Origin: Haliotis cracherodii
Taxonomy: Eukaryota
Assembly: GCF_022045235.1 (NCBI RefSeq)
Contig: NW_027266308.1
Location: forward strand, 28,954,001 to 29,018,000
DNA: 64,000 nucleotides
Reading direction: 5' to 3'
Notes under the pieces: model-generated
Seen by the model: the letters and a program-made list of their open reading frames with translations, nothing else
Told to the model about the DNA's origin: nothing
Database searches by the model: none
Made by a program: the position numbers and the translations under genes
Part shown: one piece after another, positions 36,401-48,200 of the stretch
Layout: each line of letters starts with the position of its first letter
Position numbering within the stretch: position 1 is the first letter of the stretch

Positions 36401-39400
36401 GTGTTGATATACGCTCCAGTCAGCAATATTCAGACAATGTCATGACCATTATCAATGTTTCAGAGGTTTTCTGTCCACTTTGTTCAACCATCACTCATAA
36501 TGATGCATGTCGTCGTATCCCAATTGCGTGGATCGATGCTCATGATGTCGATCACTGGATTGTCTAGTCCAGACTTGATTATTTACAGGCCTTTGTCATG
36601 AAGCTGGAATATTGCTGAAGGCATACATCCTATATACATCCTCAGTAGTAGCGATGCAAATTGGCTCCAGCCAGTGTCAGTTGTTTGTTCAATGTTGAAG
36701 GTATCCTTAAGGCTAGTTGTATTTCAGGCTTGTTACTATATTAAAGGGGTGTCCTTATATCATGTTATATGTTATCACCATTCTGGCTAGCAAGTGTTTC
36801 AGCCTAAGCTGTATCCTGAAGTAGCAACGTGTCTCTATGTTTAGTTAGGGGGCACGGGTGGCCCAGTCGTCTAAGGCGCCGCGATTCGCTGTGCAGAGTT
36901 GCGTCCTTCGGCACGCCAGAAACCTATGATTGTGGGTTCGAACCCGGTTCGCCCCGATTATGTTTCTAGGTTTGTCAGCACCATACCCGTGCTTGTGGGT
37001 TTCACCGAAGTGGTAAACGTCTGAGACCTGCATCACTTCGGGCTTTCCTCCCACATTAAGCTGACACGCCGTGATATAACTGGAATACTGTTAAAAGCGG
37101 TGTTAAACCCAACTCACACACACGTTTAGCTTACTAATGAAATTAATAGGGCTGGGACGGATAACTTGGGTACTCGGGTTGAGTGGGTACTGAGTAGGAC
37201 CCGGGTACTGACAGCACTACCCGGACTCATGGTTAGTCACATGATATATTGACTATGTATTGTTAGTAATAAAGGGGAATGCTATGTCAGGTATGTACCA
37301 GTGCCAGTATGTTAACTAGTGAATTACTTCTCTCCCCAGCTGTTTCGGAGGACTGGGACGGTCATGTCTAGGTGAGTTGTTTTGTCACATCTTTTTTACA
37401 TACACTTATGACAGTCATAGTGCTAAAACTGATTGTGGAGTGTGGTCCAGGTCATGATTATGGATACATTGATCCTATTTGAAACGATTTTCATCTAAAA
37501 TAATCCGGCATATTTTCAATTGTCCTGTTTTCATGTTATATTAAAAAAGATTTTTTCAGTCAGTTAGTTCCTACAAAACCATCCAAAGGTCTTGAACATA
37601 CTGTATGCTTCGTAATAAGCACCCTGTATGTTTAAAAACTACTGTATTCACTGTAATAAGCACCCTGTATGCTTAAAAACTACTGTATTCACTGTAATAA
37701 GCACCCTGTATGCTTAAAAACTACTGTATTCACTGTAATAAGCACCCTGTATGCTTCGAAAACAGGGGCTCTTATTAAAACCATACACAACAATTTAAGT
37801 TTGTTGTCGGATATCAAGTGGTGAAGAAAATACTTGAAACTGAAACGTTTTTGATGATAGTTACCAGGCAGATTTTTTCCCCTTCTACGCTACTGTGTTT
37901 TCTTTAAACATAGTTTGTAATATTCACAAGAAAATATTGATCGGCATGTAAATTTTGGTGCTCAGCATGTGACGCTAAGAAGGATTACTTACAGAGTGAT
38001 GTAGAAGTTGATCAGCCAACATTGTAATATCAGTGTTCGCCATAACGCTGGTCCACTGGTCTGAGACTAGTATATTTTCTTAAGGACCAGTAAAATTTAA
38101 AAAATGGTGGTCCGGTAGTCTAGTGTTATTTTGGGGACAAACAAAGTAATGTATGTTTGTACGACTTTGAAATCAGTGATAGATTAAGTCTAACCTCTAA
38201 GCATTATTGTGTCTCGTCGAGATCCAACAGGACCAGTAGATTCTTGGTGCTGGTCCATTAGACCACTGACAAATGTTGGTCAGTTTCGAGTACGGTGTAT
38301 ATATTATATTTTTTTCTATATGGTCCATTACCATGATCACTGAAGAAAACAAAAAAACAAAATTGGCCTGGCCTTATGTTGTATGAATCTTGTGTTCATG
38401 TTGGGAGTACTGCCTCTGTCGTCTAGTGGTAGAGCGTACGCCCGGAGAGCAGATGGTCCGGGGTTTGATCCCCGGACGCTTCATACCAAAAGACGTTTAA
38501 GGGTGGTACTTGTTACCCTGCTTGGCACTCCGTATAACAGACTTAAACATGGGACCCATGAAGATTTCAGGGTAGATTAGGTCTTCAGCAACCCATGCTT
38601 GGGTTGTCTGGTCCAGACTTGATTATTTACAGATCGCCGTCATATAGCTGGAATATTGCTGAGTGCGGCGTTAAACAACAAACCAACCAACTAAACATGG
38701 ACTGGTTGGCTCAGAGTTGGTATACAGTGTCAGAGTGAGGTATTCATGTTAAAACTATAGCATGGTATCTCAGTGGACTAGAACTATGAAATCGGCTTAG
38801 TCTGGACTAGCAAGTGCGTGCTCCCTCGCACGCACGCTGCACCTCATGTTGGGAGTTGGGTCCACTCTAAGCATAAGCTTATGTACCATGGTTACAGTTG
38901 CTGTGTGTCTGATGATGGTGATGGACGAGAGTATTTCTCCGGAGGATGCCATCGATAAAGCTCGGCAGTTGAGAGGAGCCGCAGCCATTCAGTCTGTGAA
39001 GGTTAGTGGCAGAACAAGATGATGCAGAGCTTCAGTTTGACATGATCACTGGTTGTGACCCGTTACCAGTCAAACAACTTTCAACCATGGGTTGAGTCAT
39101 TTGTTCGTCTTTGACTGGACATTAGACTGGTCGTCATGGTCGTCACATATAGGTCAGGAGTGTTTGCTGGAGTTTTAAGTTTACTTTTGGGGGAAGTGAC
39201 AGTGATTATTTCAGACAAATATCTTTCACTGTTTCTTTTTTAAGGGGAAAGGGATCAAAATAGAAGATAAGTAAACTTTGTTAAGCTTGATTGTTCTTTT
39301 GAAAAACAGGGCGGTAGGGTTGCCTAGTGGTTAAAGCGTTCGCTCGTCAGCTGGAGACCCGGGTTCGATTCTACACATGGTTATAATGTGTGAAGCCCAT

Positions 39401-39761
39401 TTCTGATGTCCCCCGATGTGATATTGCTGGAATATTGCTAAAAGCGGCGTAAAACTTCACTCTTTTGACAAGACACCTCGCGATGTCAAGGGGAGGTTGC
39501 TGTGTGGCTAAACAAAGTGTCCTAGTTCTCAAGTCAGTTATGCTACACGTCGCTATATAAATGCAACAATCTTCAAAGTGATGTTCAACCCCATTTCACC
39601 TCACCACAGTTATGTTATCTGAAAATGTGTGTCGGATTTATCTTTTAATAACAGTTGCTGGTTTTGTTTTTCAGCAATATAACTTTATCAATGATTTCCG
39701 GAAGCTGCAGGCAGAGGTTGAGACAGAGGATGGAGGAGAATCTCGATCTGTCTCCCGATGA
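30461..39761 (+). CDS. CDKN3: Cyclin-dependent kinase inhibitor 3 (KAP, dual-specificity CDK phosphatase), 7 coding exons, 203 aa
   Basis: Exons 30461-30525, 31426-31481, 34060-34104, 36058-36280, 37340-37371, 38898-39001, 39675-39761 (612 nt). Translation MTDFDTDEE..FQISWLDL..GLPGCRFKDTWRN..VFTLCTKGELNKYRVPNLL..HCFGGLGRSCL..RGAAAIQSVKQYNF..SRSVSR* is colinear with vertebrate CDKN3. The PTP motif HCxGGLGR is intact. Confidence 0.96.
31837..34013 (+). mobile_element. Internally deleted DIRS1-type element, same family as 24412-27085, in a CDKN3 intron
   Basis: Left ITR 31837-32040 is the inverse of right ITR 33772-34013; ICR at about 33640-33714; YR remnants (LQSTQKLEGSTLATYL, FIAKNRLP) homologous to the 25.4-26.5 kb copy. 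Confidence 0.88.
35022..35574 (+). mobile_element. MITE with ~75-bp TIRs; other copies at 1-286 and about 46560-47172
   Basis: AAACCATCTTCC..CAAGGGCTTTAACTGAC.. is inverted at 35505-35574; 35296-35570 aligns with 1-286. Confidence 0.75.
36058..36280 (+). CDS. CDKN3: CDKN3 largest exon
   Basis: ORF 36078..36284, ELNKYRVPNLL...HHYPFPDG; ctacAG / GTGAGA. Confidence 0.95.
36847..37121 (+). mobile_element. SINE family B (tRNA-Leu/Ser-like head, ~275 bp); other copies 14567-14875, 21527-21857 (split), 46871-47150(-), 49817-50094, 63471-63762
   Basis: A-box TGGCCCAGTCGTCTAAGG, B-box GGTTCGAACCC; highly similar dispersed copies ending in (CTCA)n. Confidence 0.9.
37340..37371 (+). CDS. CDKN3: CDKN3 catalytic-loop exon
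   Basis: (H)CFGGLGRSCL; ccccAG / GTGAGT. Confidence 0.93.
37605..37756. repeat. 41-bp tandem repeat, about 3.5 units
   Basis: Unit CTGTAATAAGCACCCTGTATGCTTAAAAACTACTGTATTCA. Confidence 0.9.
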
Positions 39762-39883
39762 GGATCATATCTAAGGGTTGGATGGGGGGGATGTATACGA
39801 AACATTCAGTGCTGAAATGTTTGCTTCGTATATCAGTGAATCAATTGTTTTTTATCATTCAGCTTTTCATGTACGATCTTCTG

Positions 39884-40540
39884 CAATCTCATTAAAATCA
39901 GATCTTAGTTCTTGCTACCGCTTGACAAAGAACTGAAGACATTCCATTGCAGGTCACATGTGACCGACCTTTCATGAACTTTGACCGACCAATCGAATGA
40001 CTGAGAAGAAGGTGACATTAGCCAAACAGAAGGCAGCTTTCTTGTGCTCAACGGCACTAGTTTCAATCTAGCGACTACGCTTCGAAACATATTTTGACAA
40101 ATTCTTGATTAATAATTTTTAAACTGAACAACAGAACATTCTTGAATGGCCTAGATTGTATGGATTCAGTCATAAAACCTGTAACTGTCGTTGACCCGTG
40201 AATATCTAGGTTAGAATAGGTCTTTAGCGCAACCAGTGCTTGCTGTAAAAGGCGACTATGCTTGTCGTAAGAGGTGACTAACAGGATCAGGTGGTCAGAC
40301 TTACTGACTTGATTGATGCATGTCATCGTATCCCAGTTGTGTGGATCGATGCTCATGATGTCAATCACTGGATTGTCTTTTCCAGACTCGATTATTTACA
40401 GACCGCCATCATATAGCTGGAAAATTGCTCGATGTGGCATTAAACAACAAACAAACAAAACTGTCATTCGGAATACCCCGAAGCGTCTGATTGGTTGGAT
40501 GAAAGGTCTCAGTAGCGAGAACTTAGATCTGATGAGATTG
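39884..40540 (+). mobile_element. Second copy of the CAATCTC-TIR element, interrupted by a family-C SINE
   Basis: Ends CAATCTCATTAAAATCAGATCT... and ...AGATCTGATGAGATTG; internal similarity to 649-1186. Confidence 0.75.
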
Positions 40541-40947
40541 GATCTTGTGTTGCTATCCTTGTTAAGCTAATGTCAAATGAGGCATCTGTTCTTCAAGGGG
40601 CTACGCCAAATGTGTTTTAGCTCATTTACATTCTGCATTGTTACAGTTATTATGACACTTTGAAAGTGAAACTTTGCTTGTTATGACATAAAGTTAATTA
40701 TGGGAAACAAATTATGATAAATGCTTGTAAATGATGTGAGCTTTTTTTGTACATTTTCATGTTATGTATTACAAGTTGATATTATGCCTGTAAAACTGCA
40801 AAATAAAAACTTTATTTGCAAAGGGATTTGTAAGTTTATCCTGAAAATATTTCAGTGACATGAAACTTCTGACAGAAATGACATACCGTATTCGCCGAAT
40901 TAAGCACTCCTGACCAACTTCTTAACCAATGTGTAGTCATTATACTA

Positions 40948-41453
40948 CAGAGCTCCAGATAAGCTGCGTATCTGCGTGAAATACGCATCAGAAATGCAGA
41001 AATACGCAGTAAAATATAAACCAAGCGTATCAAATACGCAACGAACATTACAGATACGCTACAAAAATAAAACGTGTGCGTATCATCAAAATATTGTGAA
41101 GTAACCCTGCGTATTCGATTAGCAAATCAGCAACTTATTTTGAAATTATAAACGGGCATTCCGCCAACCTTGCCAAACTCCACGACGACAGTCACATCAT
41201 GATCATTTGCAATCACACTTTCTTGTGGAAGTATGGTAGTATTTTTTAGTCCTATAAAGCTCTCGAACCCACACGACACCAGTTTGCAGGGACTAAATGA
41301 ATAGTGTTTTTAAATATTTAACTTAAATACCCACATGTGTAAAAACTAGTGGGTAACAGAAATTTGAATACGCAGATAGAATTACTGATACCCAATGATT
41401 TTAAAATGCATGGGTAAAATACCCACAACACCAAAAGCTTATCTGGAGCTCTG
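40948..41453. mobile_element. MITE, TIR CAGAGCTCCAGATAAG, apparent 5-bp TSD TACTA
   Basis: Perfect TIR at both ends; TACTA at 40943-40947 and 41454-41458. Confidence 0.85.
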
Positions 41454-43399
41454 TACTATACTGTACTGAGCCCTAATGTCTACGTTGACAATCTGTATTT
41501 TCTTATGTATATTGTTACGTGTTGATTGCCAAAACTGAAACAATATGTTAACCCAGAAATCTGTACATGAAAGAATTGGGTGTGAAACCAACAAACAAAC
41601 AACAAATGGTATACAATCAACAATTGTATTACAAAATTAACTAGGTTGGCAAATCAAAACAAATTACTGCACAGCAATTACAATGGCAGGACACAGTCGA
41701 GTGGTTGTACAATAATCAATGGCAGTATAAAATGTGAGTGAGTATGGTTTAACGCCGCTTTTAGCTATATCACGGCGGGGGACACCAGAAATGGGCTTCA
41801 CACATTGTAACCCATGTCGGGAATCAAACCCGGTTCTTCGGCGTGACGAGCGAACTCTTTAACCACTAGGCTACCTGACTGCCCCGTATAAAAGGTGAGA
41901 GCAGTGGAAATGACACTGAGAAGAGGAATAATCACCTCACTGCAACACTGCTGAACACCAGGTTGAAAAGTGGTCTTCACACCAAAGCTTGTCTCGTTGT
42001 AATGTCAGATGAAATGTGAGATGAGACAGGGACGCGCCTAACCAGCTTCCAGCACTTTTTACACAGTGCCAGACCAGTCCACTGTCACTTGAACATCACA
42101 GAATATTCCACAGGTTTCTATAACGCTTAACATCCTTCCATGCTATTCCAGAATTTTACAGGTAATTCAAGCATCTAAATGTAACATCTTCCTCACAAAT
42201 GCTCCTGATGCTTGTCATGGGAGGCTGGTGAAGTGGGGATTGTCTTGTCACAATGGCTGCTCAGTATAGAATTGTAACAAGGAAAGACTGATTCACCAAT
42301 GGCAGCTTTTCTAGCAGGAAACAAAAAACTTATTTAAAAATGAAAAAAAAACACATTTCTGGATATATCTCATGTAACAACCCTTGAATCCAAGAATCGT
42401 TATTGTAGGGACACTGGCTTGAACTAACTTTGAGTTACTTGTTTTCTTCCTATAGTCATTTCTGTGAAGAATGATGTCATACTGTGGAGACAAGGTTCAA
42501 CAAAGCAATGTTAGCGGTGTGACCATGACAACTGATGGTCTGAGTGTCTGCGGAGAGCCAAAAATCGGTGGTTCGATCCCCAGTCACGTCTTACCAAAAG
42601 ACATTAAAAGATAGTACTTGTTACTTTGTCTAGCACTTGGCATTAAGGGGATAAAACAGGGACTGATTGGCTCGGAGTCAGTATACTGTGAGTGGGGTAT
42701 CCATCAGGGCTGGGACGGGTAACTTGGATACTCGGGTAGGGTAGGGTTAGCACTATAAAACCGGCATTAGTCCAGACTGGTGCATGAACGCTACACACAG
42801 ATGCACGTCACAATATTCCGGTATGTGCAATAATCTTGAACAATGTTTTAAACCACATTTCACTTCACTTACGTCAGACAACTAGTTTCACAGATAGGAC
42901 TGCTCCGTTGAAACCTGTCGTTTAAATAACTCAGTATAAAGTATATCTCAGCCATTGTCAAGCCAGTACACCTTCATCACTGGCAACCATCAAGTCCATG
43001 TTGTATATCAAGTGCACACACCTGGAGTGATACATGTCCATTTTCAAATGCATCCTATGACATCAAGATCACATCATACCAATGAGGGGTGGTGGGGTAG
43101 CCTAGTGGTGAAAGCATTCACTCATGCCGAAGACCCGGGTTCGATTCCCGAAATGGGTACAATCTGTGAAGCCCATTTACAGTGTTCTCTGCTGTGAAAT
43201 TGCTGGAATATTGCTAAAAGTGGCATAAAAGCATACTCACTCATACCAATGACCTGGAGTGCCATTTTTGTCCTTGATGGATATCAGTCACAGTTGGGAG
43301 CACACAAGACTAGATACAACTTATTTGGAAAAGAGGAGCGCACTTAATAATTACAAATTAATGGAATTATTTTGAGGAAAATATGCATTCATTCGTTAG

Positions 43400-43551
43400 C
43401 ATGGGCGGATACAGAGGGGGGGTGCGCACCCCCCACCCCACCCCTTTTTATTTCGAAAAAAATCTGTATTTCTGTATAAATTACCACCAAAGACAATAAA
43501 TAGATCTCAATTGTGCACCCCTCCTTTTCAAAAAGGCTGTATCCGCCCATG
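43400..43551. mobile_element. Short MITE, TIR CATGGGCGGATACAG, 5-bp TSD GTTAG
   Basis: Perfect 15-bp TIRs; flanking direct repeat at 43395-43399 and 43552-43556. Confidence 0.85.
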
Positions 43552-44535
43552 GTTAGTTAATTGTTATAATTGCACCAACTCTCCTCATCTCCTTAGATAC
43601 TTCAGAAGAGGCGACTAACGCGTGCAGGTGGTCAGGTTTACTGACTTGGTTGATGCATGCCATCTTATTCCAAATGCTTGGATCAATGCTCATGATGTCA
43701 ATCAATGGATTGTCTGGTCCAGACATGATCATTTAAAGACCGCCATCATATAGCTAAAATATTGACATGTACGGTGTTTAACAACAAACAAACAAAGTTT
43801 AGATATTTCTTTCAAGGTGTGTTCCAAGAACATTGACGTTGACACAATACATTTTTACCTTAATTGTTTTTTTCTGTTGTCTTCAAATCCAGTGAAAAAC
43901 ACATGCTGTACACAAACTGTACACACCACTAGGTACATCATTATATAATTAATCAATAACAGTCAACCATTCTATTAGGAAGCAGATCAGACAAGTTGGA
44001 TTCAATGCTTTCTATTCAAACAAATCTAGTGTACAGAGTAGCCAGTGATTTCCCTCATAATACGAAGAATCATGGGAATGGAATCTCGTTGATTTTTAAA
44101 ATTAAAATTAATTATTTTCTCAGTTTAATGTATTATTAGAGAGATACTATGATTTAACATACCAAATATAAAGTACAATAACTAATTTATTTTCCTTGTT
44201 TCAAATAACAATCAACAGATAAATCACACAAGTAAGGCAAATTAAACGTTCACTACTTATCGTATTACAAGGGAGACAATTTAATGTTTTAGACTAGAGT
44301 TAACTCCCTTTGACCATGACGGAATGTTGAGGAAGCATGGCTCGCGAACGAAAGTCGTGACAGTATCATGTTATCAATAATGTTTATTTAAACGTTTGGC
44401 AGCTGTTTAAGCGGCCAAAACGTATCTTGAATATTTACTATATCAATATACAGATTTGGTGTGCGACCTAGAGCAGAGGACCATCGCTGTGTAAAGAGAC
44501 TCGCCAGCGTACACGAGAACAGTTTTCACAGGGCA

Positions 44536-45231
44536 ATGTCCGCCACGTCCAAAGTCGTTCTTGCTTTGTCAGTCACGTTCACTGGCAGTATCATCTACTA
44601 CGTCCATTACAGCCAGAGGAGGGATAGAGAGGTAACCCTTGATTCACTTCGGTGGTTAGATTTAAGTTACTGTAAAAAAACAACAACATTTCAGACATCA
44701 CGCATCTGGGTACAGAAGAGTTACTTCCCCTTGACCAGTAATTTACACACCAACTACTATCTGATTCTGATCACAACTTACGACACAAGGAACCCTTCAA
44801 CTTGAATGTTACATTTTGAATACCGATATATGAATTATTTCAAATGGGTTTTTTTCGTTCACTTTTAAACCAAGCTGCACTTCAGAGCAAGTTCAAAAAG
44901 GAAAAGCTAGCTGTAGACACATGTTCATAGCAGCTGTTTTCATTTGTGAACTTGAAACTCTAATTACAACTCATTTTAGGATATTTTTTTTTAAAAACGT
45001 GGGATGTGGGGGGTAATGTATTTTAGCAAGTGTATCATCTTGTATCGATACAAAACAAATGTATAGTGTATCACCCCTAGTTGTGTTTAACAGAGGCTAC
45101 ACTATGGTGTTCTGAGAGACATGGAGCGACAGACAAGGAAGATCCACAACGTGAAAATGTTGCAGGAGCAGATCAAGTTGACGAAGTCGATGAAGGAGAA
45201 GAGGGATAATTCTGACAGTGCTGCTGGCTGA
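44536..45231 (+). CDS. PET117: PET117 cytochrome c oxidase assembly factor, 2 exons (44536-44631, 45094-45231), 77 aa
   Basis: MSATSKVVLALSVTFTGSIIYYVHYSQRRDRE | RLHYGVLRDMERQTRKIHNVKMLQEQIKLT... matches the PET117 pattern (SKVVL..S, VH..Q..D..RL..GV.RD.ERQ, N...L.EQ..LT); phase-0 GT-AG intron. Confidence 0.93.
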
Positions 45232-48200
45232 CATGTATGTTACAATGTCATATCTGTTTGTAGGGCTGATACAAGCATGGACACTTATATTTAGGGCCCA
45301 TGATACAAGTCCAAATTTACTCCCCGGGTACCTGACCCCCTATTGCCTGACCCTACCTGGGTACCCACTGTGGGTCTCAAGAGTTGGGAACAAAATGTCT
45401 GATTGGGAATTGTTTTACCGCAGCCCTGGCCAAAACTATTTAGATGCATGTATCAAACGATCAGATCATGCGTACTCTGAAGTTGACTGAAACTTTATCT
45501 TTACTCAAACATGAACAAGTCAAAAGGAATGTGTGCATCGTCAGAAAGAAATGTGAACATTAGCAACTTGTAGTGTCACCACTGAGCTATTGTTAGTTTT
45601 TGTCATTAAACAATATATCACATAACTAACCACGGGTCCGAATAGCCCTATGGCTACCCGGGGCCCATTCAGGACCCACCCTAGTTACACGTCCCGGCGC
45701 TAACTGTTAGGGTTCATTGTGGATCTTACAACAAACACTTGTACCCAAGGGACATTAGTTCATAGCAGGGAAAAAATAATTAATCACATTGTGAAGGGAA
45801 TAGGAATCTTTTACATATGAACTTGTTACCAATGTGAAATTGTTCATCATCTTTACAAGTCCAAGAACCCTATGGGGATTCTTGAAACTCCATCAGCGTT
45901 TCTACTAGCCCTGGCAACTTTTCAACAGTCTCAATTTGAAAACATTAATTGCTTCATAAGAAGATAAATCACACACCTCAAACCTTATTTATCCTGTTTA
46001 TTATCCATGATATCAGTGTGGGTCCCCTGTCGTGATATTGCTGGAATATTGCTAAAAGCGGCGTAAAACGATACTCACTCACTCATGTTATCAGTGTAGG
46101 GCTGTGATGGGTACGCAAGTACCCAATAACAGGTTAAGTACAGATGGACTCCAAGGACTCGAATACCTGAGGAAGGGAGATAACCAGTGTCCAAAATAAT
46201 TACCTGTCTGCCTGCCCGTGGCTGGTAACTTTTTTGTCGGGATGCATGAAATTTTCCTCCACCTGCGCGACTGTTTTTCAATATTTATAATGTCTGAATG
46301 CAGGCAGGTACCTCTGAAGATGGGCAGGCAACTCTTATTGAAATTATTTTGAACACTGGAGATAACTCTAAATGAAAGGACACTCTAGATAGCAGTACAC
46401 ATGCCGTGGTTGTCCAAAGAACTGGAAGAGAAAGATATCCTGCACTGTTTGGTTTCACCTTAACCTTGATCTGCCTGAAAAGAAACAACATACGTTTATA
46501 GGACATACTGCTGAGATGCACAAAAATTCCAACCAGCTTAGTACATAAACATTTTAGTGTGAAACAGATATTTTCCAAATCCTTTCATGTTTCTAATCAG
46601 GATACGCATATGATTTGATAAACTTCGCGAAGTAAGACCCGTATATATACAATATAGATATTGATTATTGATCTGAATGTCTTGACTGGGCACCGCCAAT
46701 TTGTTTGAAGCTATGCAAGTGATGTGAGGGGTAGAATCTGATTGGTCAATAGGAGGGACATAACTCGTAATAACCACGTCACTGGTGGCGCTACAATTCA
46801 GCCCAGAAATTCCAGCCTAATTCTGTAAGAGTGAAACTGGACTTTTAGTCAGTTAACTCCCATGCCTCAAGAGTGAGTGAGTGAGTTGGGTTTTACGCCG
46901 CTTTTAACATTATTCCAGTTATATCACGGCGTGTCAGATTAATGTGGGAGGAAAGCTCGAAATGATGCAGGTCTCAGATGTTTACCACTTCGGTGAAACC
47001 CACTAGCACAGGTATGGGGCTGACAAACCTAGAAACATAATCAGGGTGAACCGGGATTTGAACCAAGAATCTTAGGTTTCTGGCGTGCCCAAGGGATGCA
47101 ACTGCACAGCGAATCACAACGCTTTAGACGACTGGGCCACCCGTGCCCCCATCTTGCCTCAGGAAGATGGCCTGGAAGAGTCTGGTTGTAACCAGTTTTG
47201 AAAATCATTTAAATACTAATACATCTAAGTTTCTAAAATTATAGTAAATATAACAGTATTTCACTTTAGGATTAGTGTCAGAGGCACCACATACTGCCCT
47301 AATGTTACACTTACTACTTAGGTTGGACAATTTAAGTCATCATTTCTTTCATGAAAGTTTAATTACGGTATGTCATTCTTTAACCTCTTACTGTATAATA
47401 AAGGATAATGTTTTCTTGAGAGTTTTGTCAAATTTATTAATCTGACTTGTATCAAAGTTAAATAAAAGTATAATTATTTTGTTTATTTTGTGACTTGTAT
47501 GGTTATTACTGAAAATCAAGTTCCACATTGTTCCAAGTTTACAGTGCATGTTCTATTTAAAATTACACCTTATAAAAAGGAAAGTGACCTCTATATTTAC
47601 CATTTGAAGCTTTGTTCACATTCACTGAAATGCAGTTGAAATCTGTTGATGTTTCATCTGTGCATTTTACTTCTGGGGCATGAGCAAGGTTGCCTGAGTT
47701 GCCTCCCTTTGTTTTGCAAAGCCTTTGACTTTCACTGTGCATGCTTGTCAACATTTTCTTTTATAGAATTGTTTGATGTACTGTTAGCATTTGCATCTTT
47801 GTGAGCAATTGATACAAGCAACTTATAGATTTATAGAGAATGTCATATCAATTTCCATGACATCAGCAAAAACAGGATACTCGAGACTGAGTCAGGTAAT
47901 GAGAAGCAGGTGACGTATATGACCATAGATAACCCAGTCTCATAGTTAAGCCGAGGTATGAACTTGATCCTTGAGATCTGTATCCAAATGGTATCTCCAG
48001 TACATGAGACGGACCACCAACCTGCCAACATATTGGCGTCATGGGAAACATAATATCAACAAATCTGTATTGAATTACACAAGTTAATCCTGTTGTTACA
48101 CTATCTGGTAATGAAAAGTGTTCACTGTAAAACTAGATCTATGTATGTAACCTCTTTTGTTATTCCAAGTGTCTTTCAATAATGTTGACGTAAGTTTCGG

